In this document: positions 44,796 through 53,666 of the stretch, in pieces
Position numbering within the stretch: position 1 is the stretch's first letter
Layout of the letters: every line of letters starts with the position of its first letter
Source: an uncultured Actinomycetota bacterium
GTDB taxonomy: Bacteria > Actinomycetota > Actinomycetes > Propionibacteriales > Nocardioidaceae
Assembly: GCA_963707685.1 (NCBI GenBank)
Contig: CAVPRA010000008.1
Span: forward strand, 74,963 to 138,962
Reading direction: 5' to 3'
Length of the DNA: 64,000 nucleotides
Translations under genes and position numbers: made by a program
The notes under the pieces: generated by a model
The model's database searches: none
Seen by the model: only the letters and a program-made list of their open reading frames with translations
What the model was told of the DNA's origin: nothing

Positions 44796-46416
44796 ATGAA
44801 GCACGGGTCCGAGAGCTTCTTCATCGAGGGTGAAGGTCTGCTCAGCACGCAGGTGGGAGGTCGGTCCGGCGAGGAGACCGACCCGATCACGGAGTCGGAG
44901 TCGCTGCGCGCCGCCGCTCCCACGCCGCTGCCGCCGTCGACCCCGCCGCCCTTCCGGTTCCGGCGGGTGGGCCCCAAGGGGACGCCGCTGCCGGCGGCGC
45001 CGACCCGCAAGCTGGCACGCGCGATGATCGCCCGGGCCGGCGGGGTGGGCGGCGGCGACGGTGACGTGCCGGCCGGCTACACCTACCTCGGCCAGTTCGT
45101 GGACCACGACCTGACCATGGACCGCACCGACGTGATGTTCGGCGACGCGGTCTCGCCCGCGGCGCTGACGCAGGGGCGGTCGCCGAAGCTGGACCTCGAC
45201 TCGCTGTACGGCGCCGGGCCCTCCAACGAGGGGTCGGCGAAGTTCTACGGCGCGGACGGGATGCACCTCAAGCTCGGCAAGACGGTCGCGGCCGGCGACC
45301 CGCCGTTCGAGGGCCACGACCTGCCGCGGGTGGGCAAGGGCAACGACGCGGCGAAGCGCAAGGCGCTGATCCCCGACTTCCGCAACGACGAGAACCTCGC
45401 GGTCGCGCAGACGCACGTCGCGATGATCCACTTCCACAACCGGGTGCTCGACAAGCAGCCGGCCTCCGTGCCGCAGGCGCAGAAGTTCTCCAGCGCCCGC
45501 CGGCGCGTGACGCTGCACTACCAGTGGATGATCCGTCACGACTACCTGCCGCGCATCTGCCGCCCCGCGACGCTCGACAACGTGTGGGCGAACGGCCGGC
45601 TGCTCGTCGAGCCGAACGCCGCGCCGGACGACGTACCGATGATGCCGATCGAGTTCTCGGTCGCGGCCTTCCGGCTCGGGCACAGCATGATCCGCGAGGC
45701 CTACAACTGGAACAAGAACTTCGCGGGCACCGGCGGCAGCCTGGACTTCCTCTTCGCTTTCTCCGGCACCAGCGGCGACCTGCTCGGCGACGTGAAGCTG
45801 CCCAGCAACTGGATCGTCGACTGGCGCCGGCATGTACGACTTCCCGAAGGGCGACCGGCCGCGGCTCTCCGCGCCAGGCGGCGTGAACCACGCGATGCGG
45901 CTCGACACGCTGCTCACCGACCCGCTGAAGAACCTGCCGCTGGGCTCGTTCGGCGGCACCGGGATCCCGGACGGCGACCTGCGCCGCAACCTGGCGTTCC
46001 GCAACCTGGTGCGCGGCAACATGGTCAAGCTGGCCAGCGGGCAGCAGATGGCCAAGAAGCTCAAGGACCTCGGCGTCACGCTGACACCGCTGACCAAGGC
46101 GCAGATCATCGACGGTGCCGGGGGAGCGAAGCTCGACAACCTCACCGCCGCCGAGAAGGACAAGGTCGCGACCAACACCCCGCTGTGGTTCTACGTGCTG
46201 CGCGAGGCCGAGCTCAACGGCGGCGTGATGCGCGGCGTCGGGGCCCGGATCCTGGCGGAGACGTTCCACCGGGCGATGGAGGGCAGCACCAACTCGATCG
46301 TGCGCAACCCCGACTGGCGCCCGACGCTGGGCCGCGGCGACAAGTTCGAGATGACCGACCTGCTGTTCTTCGCGATGGGGGGCAAGGCCGGGCTGAACCC
46401 GCTCGGGAACGGCTGA
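44796..46416 (+). CDS. Heme peroxidase / peroxidase-cyclooxygenase superfamily protein, frameshifted near 45830
   Basis: YTYLGQFVDHD, RNDEN, HFHN, EFSVAAFRLGHSMIR, TPLWFYVLREAE. Confidence 0.88.
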
Positions 46417-46531
46417 GCCGAAGTTTTACCTTGGGTTTGTTGGTTTTCGCCCATCTACGCCCGTTTCGTCCGGTCGATCTTTACCGGCAACCGGCTGAAA
46501 CCGGGCAGCGCCCGGCGTGACCATCGGGGGC

Positions 46532-46939
46532 ATGGACCTGCTGAAGTTCCACCGCCTCCGAGAAGCGATCCAGGACAACGCGAGCCCCGGCTCGGCGCCC
46601 GACCTCGAGCTCGTCGAGGGCAACCTGCGTGACCTGCTGATGTCCAGCGGCGTCTTCGAGGAGGTCGAGGTCGAGCACACCGACGACCCGAACCAGCTCG
46701 TCATCGCGCTGTGCCAGTTCCGGCCGTTCTACACCGAGCGGGACGTCGCCGAGCGGCTCGAGGAGATCTGGTCGGACCGGGTGCGCTACTCGTTCTGGGA
46801 GGCGCACGCGATCCTCACGGAGGACGACGTCGTCGAGCTCGAGGCCGCCTCGCGGATCGGTCCCGTCGGCCACTACGTGACCGTGCACCTCGTCGCCCAG
46901 CGAGCCGGCATCCCGGAGCAGCGCACCGCGTCGAGCTGA
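46532..46939 (+). CDS. Hypothetical acidic protein
   Basis: Coding-like composition; no recognisable motif. Confidence 0.6.
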   Translation: MDLLKFHRLREAIQDNASPGSAPDLELVEGNLRDLLMSSGVFEEVEVEHTDDPNQLVIALCQFRPFYTERDVAERLEEIWSDRVRYSFWEAHAILTEDDVVELEAASRIGPVGHYVTVHLVAQRAGIPEQRTASS

Positions 46940-46959
46940 CCCGTGGATAGGGTCGCCGG

Positions 46960-47802
46960 GTGACCAGCGACCAGTCCGAGCTCGACCGTGCCCTGCGGCT
47001 CTCGCCCCGGTCGGCGGAGCCCGGCGCGTACGACGCGGAGCTGGACTCCGGGTGGCAGATCGGCGGTGGCGTCAACGGCGGGCTGCTGCTGTCGCTGGTC
47101 GGCACCGCGCTCCGCGCGCGGCTCGCCGGAGGGCCGCACGCCGACCCCGTGGCGGTGAGTGCCTACTACCTCGCCGCCTCCGTCCCCGGCCCCGCGACGC
47201 TGCGCACCGAGGTGCTGCGCGCCGGTCGCGGCATGACCTCGCTCGGCTGCTCCCTCGTGCAGGCCGACGGCGACGGCCGCGAGGTGGAGCGGATCCGGGC
47301 GCTGGCGACGTACGGCGACCTGGGCGCGCTGCCCGACGACGTGCGCACCACCGCGTCGCCGCCGGACCTCCCGCCGGTCGAGGAGTGCTTCGCCACGGGC
47401 GACGCGCCGCCGACCGACTTCATGGCGGAGACCGGCTTCCTGAAGCGGATCGACCTGCGGATGGACCCGTCGTGCGTGGGGTGGGCGGTCGGCAAGCCGT
47501 CGGGGCGCGGGCTGCTGCAGGGCTGGCTGCGGATGGCCGACGGCCGGGAGCCGGACGTGCTGTCGCTGCTGCTCGCGGCGGACGCGTTCCCGCCCGTGGC
47601 GTTCGACCTCGGGATGCTCGGCTGGTCGCCGACGCTGGAGCTGACCGTGCACGTGCGCGCCCGGCCCGCGCCGGGCTGGCTGCGGATCAGGGCGTCCACG
47701 GTCAACGTCGCCGGCGGCATGCTCGAGGAGGACTGCGAGGTCTGGGACTCGGCCGGCCGGCTGGTCGCCCAGTCGCGCCAGCTCGCGCGGCTGCCGCGCT
47801 GA
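46960..47802 (+). CDS. TesB-like thioesterase (double hotdog)
   Basis: GVNGG, ADAFPP, PTLELTVH, EVWDSAGRLVAQSRQLA. Confidence 0.88.
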   Translation: MTSDQSELDRALRLSPRSAEPGAYDAELDSGWQIGGGVNGGLLLSLVGTALRARLAGGPHADPVAVSAYYLAASVPGPATLRTEVLRAGRGMTSLGCSLVQADGDGREVERIRALATYGDLGALPDDVRTTASPPDLPPVEECFATGDAPPTDFMAETGFLKRIDLRMDPSCVGWAVGKPSGRGLLQGWLRMADGREPDVLSLLLAADAFPPVAFDLGMLGWSPTLELTVHVRARPAPGWLRIRASTVNVAGGMLEEDCEVWDSAGRLVAQSRQLARLPR

Positions 47803-47964
47803 CGCCGTCCACCGCGACCGGCGGGCCCGTCGGACGTGCAGCCCGGTCCTGATGGACGCGCAACCGGCTCATTCGGCGGAGGCTGCACGTCGGGAGGGCC
47901 GGCCCGTCGCCGGGTGGGCCGCGAGGGGTGCCGTCGGACAGGTGGCTCGGGGCCGGCGACCGGG

Positions 47965-49059
47965 CTACACGCCGTGGCGCAGCAGCCGGTCCCGCGGCAT
48001 CCCGAACACCCAGCGGGCACCGGGGTACTCCGTCACCGACCACAGCTCGTCGCGCTGCGGCCAGTAGGCGATGTCCTCGGGGCCGACCGGCAGCCGGTGC
48101 CGGATCTCGCGGAGGTCGCCGGGTGCGCCGGTCCAGACGCTGCCGAGCCGGAACCGACCGCGGCTGTTGGTCACGAACCAGGTGCCGTCCACCACCGCGG
48201 CGCCCTGCATGCCCATCACGCCGCCGTCGGACAGCAACGACGGCCGGCACTCGCCGGCCACGCTGGTGCGCAGCAACGACGACTCGGGATCGATCTCGAA
48301 GCGCGCGAGACGGGTCGACTGGCTGCCGCGGCCGTACTCGCCGACGACCATCTCGTGCGGCGTCGTGCTCCGGTCGAGCGAGGCGAACGAGTAGCGCATC
48401 TGGCGCACCCCGGGCGGGGTGCCGGCGTCGTAGGTGAACCGCACCGGCAGCACGTAGCGGTGGCCGAACATGTCGACGGTCCGCGGCGAGGCGTCCCGGA
48501 CCCGCATCCGCGACGCGTCACCGGTCGGCACCCGCACGATGTCGTCGAGCCGGAACGACGTGAAGCCGCGCTTCGTGCCGGCGACGTGCAGGTAGTCCCC
48601 GTGCCAGACGATCCCGCCGGCGTGCACCTTCACCGGCCGTACGCCGACCGAGCCGTCGTCGCGCAGCACCGGCTCGACGAGCAGCACGTGCCGGTAGCGG
48701 ATCGCCGTACGGTCGCCGACGTCGACGAACGTCAGCCGCGCGCCCATGTTCACCCCGCCGATGGTCTTGGAGTAGGCACTCGTGACCAGCACCGGCCGGC
48801 CGTCGACGAGGTCGTCCTCGGCCGCGTCCGCGCAGCTGCTGACCCCCTGCGGCCACCACCGCTTCGACCAGGTGTCCTCACGGTTCCAGCGGAACCCCCA
48901 CGACGCGGCGGGCGCGGGCACCGTCACCGCGCGTGCCCGGCGGTCGAGGTCGCCGAGCACACCGCGCAGCCCGACGCGCTCCCCGACCCGGTCCGCGAAC
49001 GCGTCCACCTCCGCGGCCCGGTCGTCGCTGCGCAGCAGGTGCAGTCCGGCGTGCTCCAT
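47965..49059 (-). CDS. Hypothetical protein, probable beta-propeller
   Basis: [37 protein letters not shown]. Confidence 0.7.
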   Translation of the reverse strand: MEHAGLHLLRSDDRAAEVDAFADRVGERVGLRGVLGDLDRRARAVTVPAPAASWGFRWNREDTWSKRWWPQGVSSCADAAEDDLVDGRPVLVTSAYSKTIGGVNMGARLTFVDVGDRTAIRYRHVLLVEPVLRDDGSVGVRPVKVHAGGIVWHGDYLHVAGTKRGFTSFRLDDIVRVPTGDASRMRVRDASPRTVDMFGHRYVLPVRFTYDAGTPPGVRQMRYSFASLDRSTTPHEMVVGEYGRGSQSTRLARFEIDPESSLLRTSVAGECRPSLLSDGGVMGMQGAAVVDGTWFVTNSRGRFRLGSVWTGAPGDLREIRHRLPVGPEDIAYWPQRDELWSVTEYPGARWVFGMPRDRLLRHGV

Positions 49060-49081
49060 GCCTCCCAGTGTGCCTGGCATC

Positions 49082-50200
49082 ATGCCGGTCATGCTCGTCG
49101 TCGGTGCCGCCCTCGTCCGGGACGGCCGCGTGCTGGCGACCCGGCGCACGCATCCGCCGGAGGCGGCCGGGCGCTGGGAGCTCCCCGGCGGCAAGGTCGA
49201 GCCCGGCGAGACGCCGGAGGCCGCGCTGGTGCGCGAGGTGCGCGAGGAGCTCGGCTGCGAGGTCCGCGTGACGGGTGCGCTGGCCGGTGAGCAGCCGGTC
49301 GAGCCCGGGTGCACGCTGCGCGTGCTCCGCGCCGAGCTGGTCACCGGCGACCCGACGCCGCACGAGCACGACGCGCTGCGCTGGCTCGGGCCCGAGGAGC
49401 TCGACGACGTCGACTGGCTGGCTCCCGACCTGCCGTTCCTCACCGAGGTCCGCGACCTGCTGCTGGACGGTCGGCCGCTGGAGGGCGGGAACACCGGTGG
49501 GGCGGTCCGCATCGGCGCCTCGGTACGACGCCCGACGGGACCGTGGACGCCCGCGGTCCACCGGCTGCTGGCCCACGTGGTGGCCCGGGGGCTGCCCGCC
49601 GTGCCCGAGGTGCTGGGGGAGGACGCCCGCGGCCGCGAGGCGCTGACCTACCTCCCGGGCACGATCGTCGACGTCGACGACGACCTGCTCACCGACGCGC
49701 AGCTGGTGGGTACGGCGCGCTGGGCCCGCGCGCTGCACGAGGCCGTGGCCGACCTGGACCGCACCGGACCGTGGCGGTTCTTCGACGTCGAGGGCGCCAC
49801 CGTGCTCGGGCACAACGACCTGGCGCCGTACAACCTGTGCTTCGAGGGCGACCGGCTCGCCGGCGTCTTCGACTGGGACCTCGCCGGCCCGACGACCCCG
49901 CTGCTCGAGCTGGCGCAGCTCGCATGGACCGCGGTGCCGCTGTTCCGCCCGGTGCCGGCCGCGGAGGTGGCGCGGCGGCTGCGGCTGCTCACCGACGCCT
50001 ACGGCGGGGTCGACCCGCGTGACGTGCTCCGGGCCGTGCCGCTGCTCAAGCGGATCGGCTGCGACGGCATCCGGCAGTGGATCGCGAACGGCGACCCCGC
50101 CGGACGATCGCAGCTGGCGGTCGGCGAGCCGGAGCGCACCGAGCACGCCGTCGCGCTGCTGCGGGACCGGATGCCCGACATCGAGCGGGAGCTGTCGTGA
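49082..50200 (+). CDS. NUDIX (MutT-like) hydrolase fused to an APH-like phosphotransferase
   Basis: [24 protein letters not shown] Nudix box; then HNDLAPYN and FDWD. Confidence 0.85.
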   Translation: MPVMLVVGAALVRDGRVLATRRTHPPEAAGRWELPGGKVEPGETPEAALVREVREELGCEVRVTGALAGEQPVEPGCTLRVLRAELVTGDPTPHEHDALRWLGPEELDDVDWLAPDLPFLTEVRDLLLDGRPLEGGNTGGAVRIGASVRRPTGPWTPAVHRLLAHVVARGLPAVPEVLGEDARGREALTYLPGTIVDVDDDLLTDAQLVGTARWARALHEAVADLDRTGPWRFFDVEGATVLGHNDLAPYNLCFEGDRLAGVFDWDLAGPTTPLLELAQLAWTAVPLFRPVPAAEVARRLRLLTDAYGGVDPRDVLRAVPLLKRIGCDGIRQWIANGDPAGRSQLAVGEPERTEHAVALLRDRMPDIERELS

Positions 50201-50481
50201 CGGTCCGTGCGCTGCTGTGGGAGGACGACGCGGCGCGGGTGGTGGCCGCGCGGCTGCGGGCGGGCGGCTTCGAGGCGACGGTGTCGCGGGCCCGGTTCGC
50301 CGGCGAGGACGACGACGAGGACCAGCCCTGGGCGGTGCTCACCGATGCCCCCGCGGTGATGGTCGAGATCGCGGTCGAGGAGCACGACGGCTGGCTCGAC
50401 GAGCCGGGACCGGCCGCGCCGGCGCCGCTCGACCTCCCGGCGGCGCCACGCCGCGTGAAAGGTCACTTCCGCGACGAATAG
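50197..50481 (+). CDS. Small hypothetical protein upstream of mshB
   Basis: GTGA-coupled; [13 protein letters not shown]...LDLPAAPRR. Confidence 0.65.
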   Translation: MTVRALLWEDDAARVVAARLRAGGFEATVSRARFAGEDDDEDQPWAVLTDAPAVMVEIAVEEHDGWLDEPGPAAPAPLDLPAAPRRVKGHFRDE

Positions 50482-50491
50482 CATGGCGGGC

Positions 50492-51397
50492 ATGGACCAA
50501 CGGCTGCTGCTCGTGCACGCGCACCCCGACGACGAGACCATCGGGCAGGGCGCCACGATGGCCAGCTACGCCGCCCGCGGCACCCAGGTCACGCTGGTGA
50601 CCTGCACCCTCGGCGAGGAGGGCGAGGTGCTCGTCCCCGACCTGGAGCACCTGGCCGCCGACAAGAACGACGCGCTCGGCGAGCACCGGATCACCGAGCT
50701 GGCCAACGCCATGAAGGAGCTCGGGGTCACCGACCACCGGTTCCTCGGTGGCGCCGGCCACTACCGCGACTCCGGGATGATGTGGGACGAGCAGCGCCGC
50801 GCCGTCGCCCGCACCGACACCCGCGAGGGCACCTTCTGGAAGGCCGACCTGCTGGAGGCCTCCGACCTGCTCGTCGACATCATCCGCGAGGTGCGCCCGC
50901 AGGTGCTGGTGACCTACGACCAGTACGGCAACTACGGCCACCCCGACCACATCCAGGCCCACCGCGTGGCGCACTACGCGACCGCGCTCGCGGCCGTGCG
51001 GTCCTACCGTCCGGAGCTCGGCGAGCCGTGGGACGTCGCCAAGATCTACTGGGGCGCGATGTCGATGAACCGGATGCGCGACGGCCTGCGGGCGCTGCGC
51101 GCGGCCGGCGACACGACGACGTTCGAGGGCATGGACCCCGACGGCGAGATGCCGCCGTTCATGGTGCCGGACGACCAGCTCTCGGCGATCGTGGAGGCCA
51201 ACGACTACGCCGACGCCAAGATCCGCGCGATGAAGGCGCACGCCACCCAGATCACCGTCGACGGGCCGTTCTTCGCGCTGTCGAACAACCTCGGCAACCA
51301 GGTCTGGGGCACCGAGTTCTACCGGCTGGCCAAGGGCGTGCAGGGACCGACCAACGAGGACGGCCTCGAGACCGACCTGTTCGCCGGGCTCGACTGA
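50492..51397 (+). CDS. mshB: GlcNAc-Ins deacetylase (mycothiol biosynthesis)
   Basis: VHAHPDDE, TCTLGEEGEV, YRDSGM, YGHPDHIQAH, AHATQ. Confidence 0.95.
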   Translation: MDQRLLLVHAHPDDETIGQGATMASYAARGTQVTLVTCTLGEEGEVLVPDLEHLAADKNDALGEHRITELANAMKELGVTDHRFLGGAGHYRDSGMMWDEQRRAVARTDTREGTFWKADLLEASDLLVDIIREVRPQVLVTYDQYGNYGHPDHIQAHRVAHYATALAAVRSYRPELGEPWDVAKIYWGAMSMNRMRDGLRALRAAGDTTTFEGMDPDGEMPPFMVPDDQLSAIVEANDYADAKIRAMKAHATQITVDGPFFALSNNLGNQVWGTEFYRLAKGVQGPTNEDGLETDLFAGLD

Positions 51398-51404
51398 GCC
51401 CCGG

Positions 51405-51743
51405 GTGACGCCGGTCCGCCACGTCGTCGCGCTGCTCGTCGGGGCCGCGGTCGCGCTCGCCTCCCTGGCGGCGCACCGGTCGCTGTTCCCGCTGGGCCTG
51501 CTGGTCGCGCTCGCCACGACGTACGCCGTGCCCTGGTGGCTGCTGCGCTCGCGGCACCCCCGCACCGCCGCGTCGTACGCCGTCGGGTGGATCGCGGTGC
51601 TCGCCGTGGCGGTGACCGGGCGGCCCGAGGGCGACTACGTGCTGGGCAGCGACCTGGACGGCTACGCGCTGCTGGTGGGCAGCCTCGGACTCGTCGTCGT
51701 CGGCATTGTCGCTTTCGCAGGCGGGCGGGCCTCGAACACCTAG
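51405..51743 (+). CDS. DUF6113-like membrane protein
   Basis: TMs; GRPEGDYVL; syntenic after mshB. Confidence 0.7.
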   Translation: MTPVRHVVALLVGAAVALASLAAHRSLFPLGLLVALATTYAVPWWLLRSRHPRTAASYAVGWIAVLAVAVTGRPEGDYVLGSDLDGYALLVGSLGLVVVGIVAFAGGRASNT

Positions 51744-51753
51744 AGTTCGCCCT

Positions 51754-53475
51754 GTGAGCGACGCCCCCTACCGCGGCAGTGACCGCAGGGTCTTCTGGTG
51801 GATGCTGCTCGGGCTGGTCGTGATCTTCGGCGCCATGTACGTCGCCCTCGCGATGTACGCCGGCCAGCGGCTGCCGCACGGCACCAGCGTCGACGGCATC
51901 GAGGTCGGCGGGATGCGACCGGCCGCCGCCGAGCGCAAGCTGGACGAGGGCCTGCAGGCGAAGGCCGCGGAGCCGATGACGCTCAGCGCCGGCGGCCACC
52001 GCAGCACGCTGCGGCCCGCGGACGCCGGCTTCACCGTCGACGTCCCCGCGACCGTGCGGCAGGCGCAACGGGCCAGCGGGTGGGACCCCCGCACCGTCTG
52101 GGACCACTTCGCCGGCGGCGAGGACCGCGGAGCCGTGGTGCACGTCGACCAGGCCAGGCTCGACGCGGCGATCGCGGCGTTCGCCGAGCAGGTCGACGAG
52201 CCCGCCAGGCAGGGCTCCGTGACGTTCCACGACGGGCAGGCCGACGCCCACTACCCCCACAAGGGCCTGCTGGTGAACCGCGACGTCGCCGCCAACGTGG
52301 TGCGCTCGGAGTTCCTGCACTCCCAGGGGTCCGACCACGTCGTCACGCTGCCGACCGACGTCGACGAGCCCGACGTCACCTCCTACGCCGTCAGCCAGGC
52401 CATGGACAGCTTCGGCAACCCTGCCGTCGCCGCGCCGGTCGTCGTCCGGCTCGCGGGCGAGGGGGTCCAGCTGCAGCCGCAGGACTACACGCCGGCGCTT
52501 GCGATGCGCACCGTGGGGGAGGAGCTGGCGCCGGAGCTCGACGAGCGCCGGATCCTGCGGCTGCTGCGGCCCAAGATGCGGCAGGTCGACCGGGCCCCGA
52601 AGGACGCCCGGATCGTGGTGCGCGGCGGCCGGCCCCACGTCGTACCGGCTCGCCGCGGGGTGACGTTCCGCGATGCCGACGTGACGTCGGCCTTCCTCGA
52701 CGTGCTCACCAAGACCGGCAGCGACCGGGTGCTCTCGGTGCGCAGCCGGCCGGCGCACCCGAAGTTCACCACCGCGGCCGCCCGCAGGCTGAAGGTCACC
52801 GAGCGGGTCTCCGGGTTCACGACGCACTTCCCGTATGCCGCCTACCGCAACGTGAACATCAGCCAGGCGGCGAGGCGCATCAACGGCACGCTGCTCAAGC
52901 CCGGCCAGACGTTCAGCATGAACCACACGGTGGGCGAGCGCACCTCCGCGAACGGCTTCATGAAGGGCTTCGTCATCGCGGACGGGGTGTTCAAGCAGGA
53001 GCTCGGCGGCGGAGTCAGCCAGGTCGCGTCGACGACCTTCAACGCCGCCTTCTTCGCCGGCCTGCAGGACGTCGCGCACAAGGCGCACTCGTTCTACATC
53101 AGCCGCTACCCGGTGGGCCGCGAGGCGACCGTGGTGTGGCCGAACACCGACCTGAAGTTCAAGAACACCACGCCGTACGGCGTCCTGATCCGGGAGTCCG
53201 TCACCAAGGCGACGCCGCGCCACCGGGGCACGGTGCGGGTCAGCATGTACTCCACCAAGACCTGGGACATCCGGACGACGAAGTCGGCCCGCTACGCCGT
53301 CACCCCGCCGAGGACGCGCCACCTGAAGGGCGCCGGCTGCGTGCCGAACAAGGGCTACGCCGGCTTCGACATCGACGTGCGTCGGCTGTTCTACCAGCAC
53401 GGCTCCCGGACCCTCGACCACCGCGAGACGATGCACACCCACTACACCCCGTCGGACACCGTCGACTGCTCGTGA
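51754..53475 (+). CDS. VanW family protein with peptidoglycan-binding-type repeats
   Basis: N-terminal TM; GGGVSQVASTTFNA, HSFYISRYPVGREAT, DLKFKN. Confidence 0.92.
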   Translation: MSDAPYRGSDRRVFWWMLLGLVVIFGAMYVALAMYAGQRLPHGTSVDGIEVGGMRPAAAERKLDEGLQAKAAEPMTLSAGGHRSTLRPADAGFTVDVPATVRQAQRASGWDPRTVWDHFAGGEDRGAVVHVDQARLDAAIAAFAEQVDEPARQGSVTFHDGQADAHYPHKGLLVNRDVAANVVRSEFLHSQGSDHVVTLPTDVDEPDVTSYAVSQAMDSFGNPAVAAPVVVRLAGEGVQLQPQDYTPALAMRTVGEELAPELDERRILRLLRPKMRQVDRAPKDARIVVRGGRPHVVPARRGVTFRDADVTSAFLDVLTKTGSDRVLSVRSRPAHPKFTTAAARRLKVTERVSGFTTHFPYAAYRNVNISQAARRINGTLLKPGQTFSMNHTVGERTSANGFMKGFVIADGVFKQELGGGVSQVASTTFNAAFFAGLQDVAHKAHSFYISRYPVGREATVVWPNTDLKFKNTTPYGVLIRESVTKATPRHRGTVRVSMYSTKTWDIRTTKSARYAVTPPRTRHLKGAGCVPNKGYAGFDIDVRRLFYQHGSRTLDHRETMHTHYTPSDTVDCS

Positions 53476-53510
53476 CGGGCCGACCGGTCCTGCCGGGAGG
53501 CCGTTCCCAG

Positions 53511-53549
53511 TGGCGACCAGTGGGCGACCAATGGGCGACCGGTGGGCGA
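53511..53549. repeat. ~11-bp tandem repeat (TGGGCGACCRR, about 3.5 copies)
   Basis: TGGCGACCAG TGGGCGACCAA TGGGCGACCGG TGGGCGA. Confidence 0.8.
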
Positions 53550-53551
53550 GA

Positions 53552-53606
53552 TGAGGGTCCGACTACTCACGCAGCGGGGGTCCGGGCCGGAGTAGGTTGC
53601 TACCCA
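53552..53606. promoter_or_regulatory. Two imperfect TGAGTAG-N4-CTACTCA palindromes upstream of the LuxR-ATPase gene
   Basis: TGAGGGT-CCGA-CTACTCA (53552-69); GGAGTAG-GTTG-CTACCCA (53589-606). Confidence 0.5.
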
Positions 53607-53666
53607 CAGGGTTGCGACAGTTTTCGTTACCCTTCCCCGCCGGGATGAGCCGCGACAAGGGGGAGC

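Noticed and set aside
46420-46510. Lower-GC stretch with an imperfect hairpin after the peroxidase gene as a possible sRNA
   Set aside because: Weak pairing; adequately explained as a terminator or promoter region.
36478-53475. APH-like kinases and VanW as antibiotic-resistance determinants
   Set aside because: These are widespread actinobacterial families with no van cluster or mobile context; resistance cannot be inferred.
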